Assembly: GCA_964487665.1 (NCBI GenBank)
Contig: CAZARR010000001.1
Coordinates: forward strand, 19,982-83,981
Length of the DNA: 64,000 nt
Direction of reading: 5' to 3'
DNA from: an uncultured Pseudomonadales bacterium
Lineage (GTDB): Bacteria > Patescibacteriota > Microgenomatia > UBA1400 > MFAQ01
A program made the translations under genes and the position numbers. Below the pieces are notes generated by a model that saw nothing but the letters and a program-made list of their open reading frames with translations, made no database searches and was not told where the DNA came from. This document shows, piece after piece, positions 10,114-18,942 of the stretch. Every line of letters starts with the position of its first letter. Position 1 is the first letter of the stretch.

Positions 10114-11658
10114 TTACACTAATGTTGTGGCGACAACCTGTATCACCTCACCGTTAAACAAAAGAAGACCGACAGCATTGCCCTTGTTGCTACGTACCTC
10201 CTGCGCCTGTATCTGTAACAAGCCCGGTCCTGCGTTGGCGTTGTTGTTCGTTGCAGCGCCAGTGAAGATAGTAAGGAACGACAGTGAACAGAACTGCTCA
10301 ACGGGAGCCACCGCCGCATCGAAATACAAAGGAGGAACAGTACCACTACTACGGATACGTCCTCCTACATGAACACGGCGTACAGTAGGGTTACCAACAC
10401 CGCCACCATTGCCGCGCAATACACCGAAAGTGTTAGTGCTACCATCAACACTAAGCTCCAATGCTACATTCATGCTGCCACTCATCTGACGTACATCGAC
10501 ATCAGCCATCGGAGCATGGTCTCCTATCTTGCCCTGTAGCCTCACAGTGCCACCACCATCACAACCTACCAAGCTGTTAAACACAGCATAGCTCCATGAT
10601 GAGAACTGTACGTGTATATCCAAGTAGCTCAACAACGTGCAACGACCAAGCTCTAAGATATGACCAGCCTGCGCTCCACCTTGGTCACTCACCCTTACCT
10701 TCATGTTTACAACGGTGCCATCACCAAAGCCTACAAGCAAGAAAGCAGGCGTAATAAGGTCGTCCAATAAGAAAGCACCATCTATCTCGACAACACTATC
10801 GTTCACGTCAACACCAACACCGGCAGCATAACGTATCACATTGTACCCCGCTATACCACCACGTAGCTCACCTACCTTAACTCGACAGAACGTATTGTTG
10901 AGCGTTGTCGTTGGAGCAATAGATAGGAATGACCGGCTATTAAGCTGCACACGACCAACCTCTAACACGAAACGGCGGTAGTCAGTGCATAAGATACGAC
11001 CTCCTTCAAAAGAAGCGAGACGTAACAAGTAGTCACTACCTACATTGCTCGCCGTCTGCATATCAGTAGCACGTGCCCACTCGATACGACCATAACCGTC
11101 AATACCTGCGATAGTAGCTACACCACCATCACTGAAAGGCTGACTAGTACCCGCTCCTTCAAAACGCAACGTGGCACCATTCATCATGAATAGCACCACA
11201 CCATCTTTCACTACCTTCTCGGTACCAGCATCAGCTCCAAGCGTATAGATACCCGGATATACTACAACGGTATCACCAGCAAAAGCAGCAGCAACAGCAG
11301 CCCACGGCGTAGCAAAAGGTCGGTCAAAACGATATGATATACCGTTGACATCACTCCCATTGCCCGTTACAAACACTGTGTTCTTTATCTCTCTCGATAA
11401 TACTACACTATACGGACCACCTACACTGCTCGTAGCCTGCAACGTACTTGTACTCTCCGTCCAACCAAGACCAGTGATGTTGCCATCAACTAAAGAAGCT
11501 AATGGCACAGCGAAAACCGCGCCGTCATTGCGCGTCAATACAAGGTTTGTACCACTAAGCTCCGCTTGTGATAAAAACACATCGTCAGGACAACACTGCT
11601 TGCGCTGCTCCTGTGTAGGCATGAAAGGACTACCACCCTCTTCTATGAAACCGGACAT
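10114..11658 (-). CDS. Tail spike with pectin-lyase-like beta-helix (putative depolymerase)
   Basis: GSDVNG...PFATPWAAVAAAFAGDTVVVYPGIY is the typical beta-helix N-cap; beta-rich repeats follow. Confidence 0.75.
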   Translation of the reverse strand: MSGFIEEGGSPFMPTQEQRKQCCPDDVFLSQAELSGTNLVLTRNDGAVFAVPLASLVDGNITGLGWTESTSTLQATSSVGGPYSVVLSREIKNTVFVTGNGSDVNGISYRFDRPFATPWAAVAAAFAGDTVVVYPGIYTLGADAGTEKVVKDGVVLFMMNGATLRFEGAGTSQPFSDGGVATIAGIDGYGRIEWARATDMQTASNVGSDYLLRLASFEGGRILCTDYRRFVLEVGRVQLNSRSFLSIAPTTTLNNTFCRVKVGELRGGIAGYNVIRYAAGVGVDVNDSVVEIDGAFLLDDLITPAFLLVGFGDGTVVNMKVRVSDQGGAQAGHILELGRCTLLSYLDIHVQFSSWSYAVFNSLVGCDGGGTVRLQGKIGDHAPMADVDVRQMSGSMNVALELSVDGSTNTFGVLRGNGGGVGNPTVRRVHVGGRIRSSGTVPPLYFDAAVAPVEQFCSLSFLTIFTGAATNNNANAGPGLLQIQAQEVRSNKGNAVGLLLFNGEVIQVVATTLV

Positions 11659-11661
11659 ATA

Positions 11662-12234
11662 CTATAGCTTTAAATGATATGGCATTATGTTGTCAGGCAA
11701 CTCGAACAGATACTCAATAGCAACGTTGTCGTCCTCACTCGCCATCTCACTCGCTATCTTAGCACGCATCGTCTGTATCTGTAATAAGCTACGGTACTTC
11801 TCATTCATCTGCTTGTCATCGGTGCAGTTGATGTACTCCTCGCGCATCTTCTCCTCCTTCATACGCAACTGCTCATCGAACCGCTGCTTGTCTGTAAGGA
11901 ACAGCTTATCGCAAAAGGCAAGCAAAGCAGCAAAGACAGACTCACGGCATACGTTGTCTATCACCTTGTCTAACTCCGACATCTTTATCTTCTTATCAAC
12001 GCCGAATAGACCCATCGACTGCACTACGGTACGCTTGCGCTCGACAGGCGGCAGACCATAGTAGTCATTGTTCTTCGGTATGATTACATAGCGTATGTAG
12101 TAACCCATGTCCTTACGCATAGCTGGCTTACCGACATACTTCTCCTCCCACGCCCGCACCTCCGGTATCAGACGGGCAGCATCAGTAAGGTATAAGTCGC
12201 CACCTGCAATATAGAACATAGTAAGTACCTCCAA
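11662..12234 (-). CDS. Hypothetical helical protein (crAss-like conserved; possible TerS)
   Basis: 190 aa, first gene after a TAnnTTTG promoter. YYIRYVI...YYGLPPVER resembles a conserved crAss-like late protein (from memory). Confidence 0.45.
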   Translation of the reverse strand: MEVLTMFYIAGGDLYLTDAARLIPEVRAWEEKYVGKPAMRKDMGYYIRYVIIPKNNDYYGLPPVERKRTVVQSMGLFGVDKKIKMSELDKVIDNVCRESVFAALLAFCDKLFLTDKQRFDEQLRMKEEKMREEYINCTDDKQMNEKYRSLLQIQTMRAKIASEMASEDDNVAIEYLFELPDNIMPYHLKL

Positions 12235-12248
12235 ACAATCTTATACTA

Positions 12249-12279
12249 CAAAACTACACCCTTTGTTTCACATATACAA
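12249..12279 (-). promoter_or_regulatory. Bacteroidota sigma70-type promoter for the structural operon
   Basis: Minus strand TTG-N20-TAGTTTTG (-33/-7 TAnnTTTG) just upstream of 12234. Confidence 0.75.
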
Positions 12280-12292
12280 TACCATACATAAT

Positions 12293-12325
12293 AAAAAAGC
12301 GATAAGCCAATAATGACCTACCGCT
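12293..12325 (-). terminator. Intrinsic terminator
   Basis: Minus strand AGCGGTAGGTCA-TTAT-TGGCTTATCGCT followed by a T run. Confidence 0.8.
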
Positions 12326-12366
12326 CTCCTTGTTTAACCCTTAAAACCATGTACTAAGACAACGTA

Positions 12367-12684
12367 TCAACGCCGGCTTTTGTTGCGTTGCTTCAATAGC
12401 TTTTCGTTGAACTCGTTGAAGCTATCCATAGTAGTGTCATACATCTCGTCATAGTCCTTACACCACCCACCACTGCATACTATCACGTCGCCATCACACT
12501 GGTAGCAGTAGCACCAACGACCCGGCTCTTCCGCTTTCTCACTACCGTCCTTGTCCCATACATCCAACATGTACTGTATAGCATACTCCCTACTGTCAGA
12601 CAAACGGGTATATACACTATTCCCGTGAACAATGCTATCGGGCACGCCCTTTAAGCTCTTAGTCATCTTCTTTTGCTTCGCCAT
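12367..12684 (-). CDS. Hypothetical protein
   Basis: 105 aa, GGAGG RBS, coupled to the upstream gene. Confidence 0.7.
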   Translation of the reverse strand: MAKQKKMTKSLKGVPDSIVHGNSVYTRLSDSREYAIQYMLDVWDKDGSEKAEEPGRWCYCYQCDGDVIVCSGGWCKDYDEMYDTTMDSFNEFNEKLLKQRNKSRR

Positions 12685-13265
12685 TATTTATACCTCCATC
12701 TTATCCATAGTACGTCCATGTCACTCCACCACTTCACACCAAAAGTAAGACTCACCATCTCGTCCTTCACCATGCAGGCATCCATCACGCCCTTGATGAT
12801 GTTATCCGTATCCGGCTTCTGCTCCATGCGCGTCCACACCTTAGCAGCCTTCTCTTTCTTGCTCCAGCTCTCCGTCACCTTGAACCATGCCACCACATCG
12901 ACACCACTGACCACACTCGCCGGCTTTGCATACCGCCGTACCTCGTCCTTATACTCGCAGTACTCCATCCACCGCAGCTTGGCATTCCTGTTCTTACCAC
13001 TAAGCCTCTCCAACGGCATGACACTGATGTATTTCGTCGTCCGTACAGCACCCATAGCACGTAGAGGCAACGGCACAAAGCCCATCTCCTTTAACTGCTC
13101 ACCCGATAACCACTTGCCAGCGAACAGGTCTTGCTCCATAGTGAAGTCGTATGTAGGGTTAACCACTATCTTGCTACACTTCACATCTTGTATCACAATG
13201 TTGCCATTACCCGCTATCCGCTCCTCCGCTCTATGTAGGTCTTTCTCCGTCCATCGCTTTGCCAT
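12684..13265 (-). CDS. rusA: RusA-like Holliday junction resolvase
   Basis: QKPDTDNIIKGVMDA...KDEMV fits the RusA PD.DN..K...D catalytic signature. Confidence 0.8.
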   Translation of the reverse strand: MAKRWTEKDLHRAEERIAGNGNIVIQDVKCSKIVVNPTYDFTMEQDLFAGKWLSGEQLKEMGFVPLPLRAMGAVRTTKYISVMPLERLSGKNRNAKLRWMEYCEYKDEVRRYAKPASVVSGVDVVAWFKVTESWSKKEKAAKVWTRMEQKPDTDNIIKGVMDACMVKDEMVSLTFGVKWWSDMDVLWIRWRYK

Positions 13266-13266
13266 G

Positions 13267-13464
13267 TCATGCCTCCTTTAGCAACATACTCATCTGTGTC
13301 GCCTTTATCACACTCAACTCCCTTGTCATCATAACCCACACCTGTGTCCGTAGCCCATGCTTGCCTCTGTGTATATCACTGCACAACCCGTCTATCACAC
13401 GCTCACACCGCACCAGTCGTCTCTTGCCACGTGTACTCTCAACCTCGAACAATAGCGCACTCAT
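13267..13464 (-). CDS. Hypothetical protein
   Basis: 65 aa, coupled to neighbours. Confidence 0.5.
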   Translation of the reverse strand: MSALLFEVESTRGKRRLVRCERVIDGLCSDIHRGKHGLRTQVWVMMTRELSVIKATQMSMLLKEA

Positions 13465-13742
13465 ATGATACCATGCTTTATCAAGACACGCTCAAAGATA
13501 CCAGCCATATACTCCACATCGACAGCACGCTTCTCCTCATCCATACGCTTTAGGTTAGCCTCCAACTCACGCCCCCATGCCACCTTCTTGCCGTAACTAA
13601 GCTTTTCGTACTCCTCACCTATATCACTACGCAGCAAAGCTTTTGCTTGTTCGTCTTCTTCTTTAGTTGTCATCGTAACAGTCCCCTCCTCGGACAACAC
13701 CTTGTACATCGCTATCATCCATATCGCTAACGCCACTCTCAT
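13461..13742 (-). CDS. Hypothetical protein
   Basis: 93 aa ORF in operon; start uncertain. Confidence 0.55.
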   Translation of the reverse strand: MRVALAIWMIAMYKVLSEEGTVTMTTKEEDEQAKALLRSDIGEEYEKLSYGKKVAWGRELEANLKRMDEEKRAVDVEYMAGIFERVLIKHGII

Positions 13743-14016
13743 TCACAGGTAGCTTCTTACGCCACTGGTACCACGCCCACCACCGCTCACCAACAGACAC
13801 CCACTCACTCACTAACCCACTACTACCCTTGCCGTTGACAGTACTCCATACAGCATCCATATCCTTATCATCTCCCAACCATAACCCTATATCGCGCAAC
13901 ACACCTAACCACCCGAACAGGTTGTACCCAGCACGCCCCCATATCTCACGCCACCGCGTAAGCATCAACTCACTCATCTGACCACTATCTATCGTCTTTA
14001 ACCATTGTATATCCAT
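13663..14016 (-). CDS. Hypothetical Trp-rich protein
   Basis: GAGG RBS; overlaps the downstream ORF. Confidence 0.5.
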   Translation of the reverse strand: MDIQWLKTIDSGQMSELMLTRWREIWGRAGYNLFGWLGVLRDIGLWLGDDKDMDAVWSTVNGKGSSGLVSEWVSVGERWWAWYQWRKKLPVNESGVSDMDDSDVQGVVRGGDCYDDN

Positions 14017-14025
14017 AATAACCTC

Positions 14026-14469
14026 CTACTTTATTACCACAGCCCCAATAACGAAGCCAGCTACTGCACCTATCGCACCTCCCCACATACCCCACTTAAC
14101 ACCCATCCTCTTACTCGCCCGCATCTCCTCCTTCATGCGCTCCATGTACCAGTCACCCCTGCCACTGTACATCTCTACCTCTCGCTTCCATATATCACGC
14201 TCTCTGTTCATGATGCTCTCGCCAGCACGCAATAAGCTATCACAGTCCACTACCTTATCAGCCACTCCACCGCACGCATCAGCCTCCGCCTTTAAGCTAC
14301 GCAGCAAGCCTATCATCTGTACCATGTCGGCGCTGTCAACCACATACACACCATCACCCTTGCCGACACGCAACGTAAGGTCGTCGTACAACGCCATATC
14401 AACCATCTGCTGCCCATGACACAACACCACACCTACCATTAACCATAGAACATATAACCATCTCATCAC
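14026..14469 (-). CDS. Exported coiled-coil protein with C-terminal TM (spanin-like candidate)
   Basis: Signal peptide ending LCHG/Q, coiled coil, C-terminal hydrophobic helix. Confidence 0.55.
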   Translation of the reverse strand: MMRWLYVLWLMVGVVLCHGQQMVDMALYDDLTLRVGKGDGVYVVDSADMVQMIGLLRSLKAEADACGGVADKVVDCDSLLRAGESIMNRERDIWKREVEMYSGRGDWYMERMKEEMRASKRMGVKWGMWGGAIGAVAGFVIGAVVIK

Positions 14470-14771
14470 TTACCTCCTTTGTTTTTACGAAACCACTCCT
14501 CTATCTTCTTCCTCCCTCCCATCGCCTCCTTCCATACCACCATGCTGCTATCAACACTGCCCCTCCACGCCTCAACCCCCTTACCCCACTCTACCCACTC
14601 CCCTCGCACCACATCATGCTCCATCCGTAACTGTCGTATGCTGTCTTGCAACTCACGCTCCATGCGACGCAACTCGTCCTTACTCACACCTCCAACTCGT
14701 AACCAGCTAAGAACGTTACTCACCAACACGCCCGCAAACAAGACTATCAACACTATGTTCATCTTACTCAT
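14466..14771 (-). CDS. Membrane-anchored coiled-coil protein (i-spanin-like candidate)
   Basis: N-terminal TM followed by coiled coil; coupled to 14026-14469. Confidence 0.55.
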   Translation of the reverse strand: MSKMNIVLIVLFAGVLVSNVLSWLRVGGVSKDELRRMERELQDSIRQLRMEHDVVRGEWVEWGKGVEAWRGSVDSSMVVWKEAMGGRKKIEEWFRKNKGGK

Positions 14772-15076
14772 ACATCACCCTCCTTTATCATATCCTCAAC
14801 ATAAGTATACCCACTCAACGCACTACGCATCTTATCGCTAAAGAATATCTCACGACTGCCACGATGACGAGACAAGGCAGCACACGCATCTTGAACCTTA
14901 CTCCATAACTCCTCTTTGCTTTTAGAACTAATATCATGTAGTACATACTTCTTGTCGTACTCTTCTGACAAGTAGTTGTACACAAAGCTCAATATCTCCT
15001 CCTTACACATCCACTCTAACAACTCGTTCTTCTCTCTGTCTGTAAGCTCACTTACATTGTCAACTATCTTACTCAT
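14768..15076 (-). CDS. Hypothetical protein (AT-richer insert)
   Basis: 102 aa, overlaps both neighbours. Confidence 0.65.
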   Translation of the reverse strand: MSKIVDNVSELTDREKNELLEWMCKEEILSFVYNYLSEEYDKKYVLHDISSKSKEELWSKVQDACAALSRHRGSREIFFSDKMRSALSGYTYVEDMIKEGDV

Positions 15077-15431
15077 GGTTTAATCCTTCTTTTTTATCGT
15101 TATCATCACCAACCCGAACATCACCCCACCACCGCATCACCGGATGTACCCACACCCTGCTGTTCTTCACGTGCCGCTTCAACCACCCAGCACGCACCAA
15201 GTCTAACCGCCACCGGTCAACCTGCTTCATCACCACACCACTCATCTCACTCACCCGCTCCCGAACCATCATAACACTACCATCCTCCATCACATCGCCA
15301 AACATCATCAGCCAACTCCATAACCGCATCATGCCACCACCACCACTGCCCTTATGTAACGCCCGATACGCCCCGTCCCTATCCAGCTTGCGCCAGTCCA
15401 CAGGCTTGTTCGTGTATCTACTACTCATCAC
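15069..15431 (-). CDS. RepL-like winged-helix protein
   Basis: HTH-like SEMSGVVMKQVDRWRLDLVRAGWL followed by VWVHPVMRWWGD (RepL-type vNP...G pattern); AGGAGG RBS. Confidence 0.55.
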   Translation of the reverse strand: MMSSRYTNKPVDWRKLDRDGAYRALHKGSGGGGMMRLWSWLMMFGDVMEDGSVMMVRERVSEMSGVVMKQVDRWRLDLVRAGWLKRHVKNSRVWVHPVMRWWGDVRVGDDNDKKEGLNHE

Positions 15432-15446
15432 GTACCTCCTTTTCTA

Positions 15447-15477
15447 CAAAGATACAACATTCTATCCACAAAAGCAA
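15447..15477 (-). promoter_or_regulatory. Bacteroidota sigma70-type promoter (leftward)
   Basis: Minus strand TTG-N20-TATCTTTG. Confidence 0.8.
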
Positions 15478-15487
15478 CCACTATATA

Positions 15488-15740
15488 CCCTTTTTTACGC
15501 CCTTTTTACACGCACGCAAACCCCTACTACCCCCACCTCCTCATAACACCCCCCCGCCTCGTCAACACAAAGGCATATCGTAAACAAAGACACACACACG
15601 TACCAATAGGCACAAAGGGACACACACGTAGAAACGTAGAGGGCTTGCAACCATAGGCACAAGGGGACACCCACTACCCCTACCTCCCCCCTGACTGAAA
15701 CCATTTAAAACCGCATCCACACCCCACACGGGGGCGGAAT
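15488..15740. repeat. Iteron-like direct repeats in divergent intergenic region
   Basis: ACAAAG-type/ACAC units about 4 times (ATAGGCACAA(A/G)GGGACAC twice); CCC(T/-)ACTACCCC(C/T)ACCTCC twice. Confidence 0.7.
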
Positions 15741-15762
15741 ATAAGTGTGGAGAGTATATATC

Positions 15763-16125
15763 ATGAATAATATGTTAACAGAGGTGGCTGCGGCTGACTT
15801 CAAAGCAAAGATGACTGTAATGACTGGTCAAGCCTACATCGGGGTAATACCTCAAGGCGAATACAAAGCTATCGGAATCAAGCCATCGAAAAACAAAGAC
15901 CAAAGCGTAAAGTGCTATTGGGTAATCATTCGCAGCACAACGAACAGCAAGACTGAGTTTGCTATCACCGGACAGCAGGCGCTAGAAAACAATCTCGTCA
16001 AAGAACAGGATGGGAAGGTTGTACTAACGACTGCAAAACGCATCATTAGCCGCGAAGAGAATCAACAACCAGTAATAGTAAAAGCAGAAACAGTGGTCGT
16101 TGTACCACAAAACACAGAAGAATAA
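15763..16125 (+). CDS. Hypothetical protein, first gene of the plus-strand block
   Basis: ATG 15763 with GGAG upstream; normal codon usage; followed by a terminator. Confidence 0.75.
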   Translation: MNNMLTEVAAADFKAKMTVMTGQAYIGVIPQGEYKAIGIKPSKNKDQSVKCYWVIIRSTTNSKTEFAITGQQALENNLVKEQDGKVVLTTAKRIISREENQQPVIVKAETVVVVPQNTEE

Positions 16126-16126
16126 A

Positions 16127-16166
16127 GAATGAGGCAGCAGCAATGCGTAAGTCCTCACTCTTTTTT
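16127..16166 (+). terminator. Putative intrinsic terminator
   Basis: GAATGAGG...CCTCACTC stem followed by TTTTTT. Confidence 0.55.
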
Positions 16167-16169
16167 AAA

Positions 16170-17240
16170 ATGCGTGTCTATACCGATGCGCTGTCGCCCG
16201 CAGAGATGCGAGTGGCTAAGGTATGCACATGACCGATGGCGATGAGAGTCGTTAGATGGTGTGTGTATCATGGTATATAAAGCGTGTGGATATACGGTAG
16301 TCCACATTGCGTATTCATGATACCGTGCGTGCCTGCGTTGGACGTAATAGGGTTCGATTCCCTATGCAGGCTCTATGGTGGGTAGAGAAAAGGGGGGGCG
16401 TGATGTTCCCTTAGCACATCTATCTGCTTGGCTACTGTTGGACGGCGAGTGCTATCGTCCTGATGCGTTGGTGTACGCAGAGAAGACACGATGTATGCGT
16501 GTGAACACTGACAACCGCTATGATGGAGTACGTCATAGTGTTGATACTCGGGCAAGGGAGTATCACGGCAACGGTGCGAAGAAGCAGGCTTATGGTCTGT
16601 GAGTAGTCTTGTATCACACCTACGTGTCATGCGTAGAACAGCCAGTGTGAGCGTGCTATGAGAGACAGACGTGTCCTCATGGTGCTGTGCGTAAAGGCAG
16701 ACGTGCTGCAACCGTCCTATCATACAGGGGCGTCTCCCTTAGTGGAGTATCCTTAACCCTTATGCAATAGAATACGCATTGTATGTGGCATGAAACGGCG
16801 TGTGTATGCACGTTACCGCAATGCCACGTGAGGAGACAGACCATGCGAGCGGTACATGGTCTACGTCGGGGCACCGATGAGCGGGCGATAGAGCAGCCAA
16901 ACAGCAAGGTAAGAGGCGGTGAGTATAGCACTGTCCACGCGATGCGTTACTATATGTCGTGGTAGTACACGGCGGAGGACTATACAAAGAGAGGCATACG
17001 AGAACGGTGTGTCGCATATACTATCAGTGATGGTATGTGCTTTCGGGTCTATCTCTCCCTGACGGCAACGTGTAGTCCAACGTTGTCATGATGTGCGTGT
17101 CGGTGGTCTGTCGTGTGTAGGACAAGCAGACAGACCACCTGCGGGCAGTGTGAGTATGCGTAGGCTCTTACGTGTACTCATGCGAAGCCGCTTTTTCTCC
17201 CTTCTACACGAGGGGACACCGTGCCGTACACTCCGGCAAC
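16170..17240 (+). ncRNA. Putative large structured non-coding RNA region
   Basis: No credible ORF; near-continuous hairpins with G-U pairs on the + strand, e.g. GTATCATG..CATGATAC, GCTATGATG..CGTCATAGT, TGATACTC..GAGTATCA, TGTGGCAT..ATGCCACG, GGTGGTCTGTC..GACAGACCACC. Confidence 0.6.
16331..16375 (+). ncRNA. tRNA-like minihelix (acceptor + T-arm, no anticodon arm)
   Basis: GCCTGCG / TTGGACGTAA / TAGGG-TTCGATT-CCCTA / TGCAGGC-T-CTA. Confidence 0.65.
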
Positions 17241-17572
17241 TGTTGATGCACATATTAGTCCCAACTATATATGTGCACGTTACACTACGCATAGTGTTAT
17301 GTATAATATGGGCGTGTTTAAGGGTCTCATCGCGGGGATTCTTCACACTTATTGCTCATATTACACATATCTATATGCGTAAACCGTTGGGAAGAGAGGG
17401 ACGAGAGGGCTTAGTACGACCCTTTTGTGCCCTTTTTTATCGAACTATTGCACCCTTTTTAGTTCGATTCTTAGCGAGGGGTGCGTTACGTGGCGTGTCG
17501 TCGTTGTTGTGTGCTATAGGTTTTATCTATGGGATATGACGATGTGATAGATACGCTCTATGGAAACACATA

Positions 17573-17580
17573 TACGTTTG
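17573..17580 (+). promoter_or_regulatory. Possible TAnnTTTG -7 promoter element (rightward)
   Basis: TACGTTTG about 155 nt upstream of 17734; no clear -33 TTG. Confidence 0.45.
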
Positions 17581-17733
17581 TGATATACGTATAGTGTTGA
17601 ATGATACTTAACCCTTGTGCATTGGGAAGCGCATTGAAGACCCACGATATTGTGGGCAGACCATATACGTGAAAGTGATAGCGTATATGGTGTAGACCGT
17701 TGGGATAACGGGCGAATATCACAGGAGGTATGA

Positions 17734-18399
17734 ATGAAAGGATTCATACTTCCGCCCACTCTTGTAAGCGTTAGCTATGGCAGTATCAGTTTACTGAATA
17801 CTCATATTGCTTTACGCAAAGAGTGGGCGGAGTTAAAAGAAGCCCTTTCGTATATCATACATCGCTCTAGTGATAAGGTACGCTATGAGTATCTTGTTAC
17901 CGGCTATGAAGTGATTGATAAGCGCACTGTATTAGGTGTTCTTTATCATGAGCTATCATATCATGTAGAGGGCATGGTGGTATCGAAGGGGCTTAATGAA
18001 GACGATTACGCTCTTCTTCTTGAGTGCTATGGCATGAGAGAGGAGGAGCGTGATGGGTACTTCTATTCTCAGGCTGCTATCTTAGATGATAGTGGCTTTG
18101 ATATAGGTACCTGTATGGGTGAGGTTCCGCGTGAGTGGGACTATATTGCTCGTCTTATACGTTCCGGCATGTCTGGTACTGTATGGATAGGTATTACTCA
18201 TACAGGCAATGTACATCTTCATGTAACCGATAATGGTTATGTGCAAGATGTACGACCTATAGTTGAGAATAGGAGATATCCTTTGACTAAACATTGGCTT
18301 CCGTATCGGGAGTTATGGGTAGTCAATGGTAGTCACTTCTTCAAGCACATGTATAGTGTGTTAGAAGAGGTGCTGCCTAATGGGTATCGTCTTCCTTAG
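17734..18399 (+). CDS. Hypothetical protein
   Basis: 221 aa, AGGAGG RBS. Confidence 0.75.
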   Translation: MKGFILPPTLVSVSYGSISLLNTHIALRKEWAELKEALSYIIHRSSDKVRYEYLVTGYEVIDKRTVLGVLYHELSYHVEGMVVSKGLNEDDYALLLECYGMREEERDGYFYSQAAILDDSGFDIGTCMGEVPREWDYIARLIRSGMSGTVWIGITHTGNVHLHVTDNGYVQDVRPIVENRRYPLTKHWLPYRELWVVNGSHFFKHMYSVLEEVLPNGYRLP

Positions 18400-18515
18400 C
18401 GAGTGGCATCTGTGGGACGGGTGCTGTCTCATGCTTAGTGTTCGCGGTGCAGCGAGGCATGGGAGCGAGTGTATATGATACGCATACACTTGTTGGGAAC
18501 AGACGTATCGTTGAT

Positions 18516-18594
18516 GCGCCATGGTCGGTTGGTCGAGCTATACGGTGATGATACTGTATAGTGTGATAGGGTTCGAGTCCCTGTTGGTGCGCTA
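18516..18594 (+). ncRNA. tRNA-like RNA with non-canonical elongated anticodon arm
   Basis: GCGCCAT acceptor; D-arm TCG-GTTGGT-CGA; 9-bp stem CTATACGGT-GATGAT-ACTGTATAG; T-arm TAGGG-TTCGAGT-CCCTG; TTGGTGC-G-CTA. 76 nt to the discriminator. Confidence 0.7.
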
Positions 18595-18942
18595 TGTAGT
18601 CATGACAGACCTGCTTGGTTATGACGTAGGATATAAGGAGCGGGACGATGTGTACTATACGCTTGGTGGTTCTTGCGTATGGGAAGGGTGTGTCCGCCAC
18701 GTGGAGTGGTACATCATGGAGGTTGCTGTGCCGGCAACTGATGGAGAGTTGGTACAACGATGCTAAGTAGTGTTGTTGTACAGGCAGTGTTAACCGTGCT
18801 GACGGTTCGTTCGTGTGATACGATACACACAGGCGTAGAGGCGAGACGGCTATAACGGTCTTGCAGGCGGTGCGATGATGTGCTGCTACGACATATCCGA
18901 GAGGCGTGTAGGATATGTAGGAGATGAACCCGCTTGTGCGTC

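Noticed and set aside
91-12061. Numerous plus-strand ORFs antisense to the structural genes
   Set aside because: Shadow ORFs of long minus-strand CDSs, with no independent signals.
15488-15740. CRISPR array
   Set aside because: Repeats are short, degenerate and irregularly spaced; no cas genes.
16970-17085. Group I intron P7 (GACTA/TAGTCC)
   Set aside because: No bulged G-binding site or AAGAUA J8/7, and no interrupted host gene; kept only as a possible long-range pairing.
17450-17485. Fourth tRNA-like T-arm (AGTTCGATTCT)
   Set aside because: T-stem only about 2 bp and no abutting acceptor ending in NCTA; low-complexity context.
16373-17759. ORFs listed in the track across the structured region (e.g. 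17093-17539)
   Set aside because: No RBS or coupling, atypical composition, and they overlap on both strands.
18516-18594. Canonical tRNA gene
   Set aside because: The anticodon arm is a 9-bp stem with a 6-nt loop, there is no U8, and it ends CTA; reported as a tRNA-like ncRNA instead.
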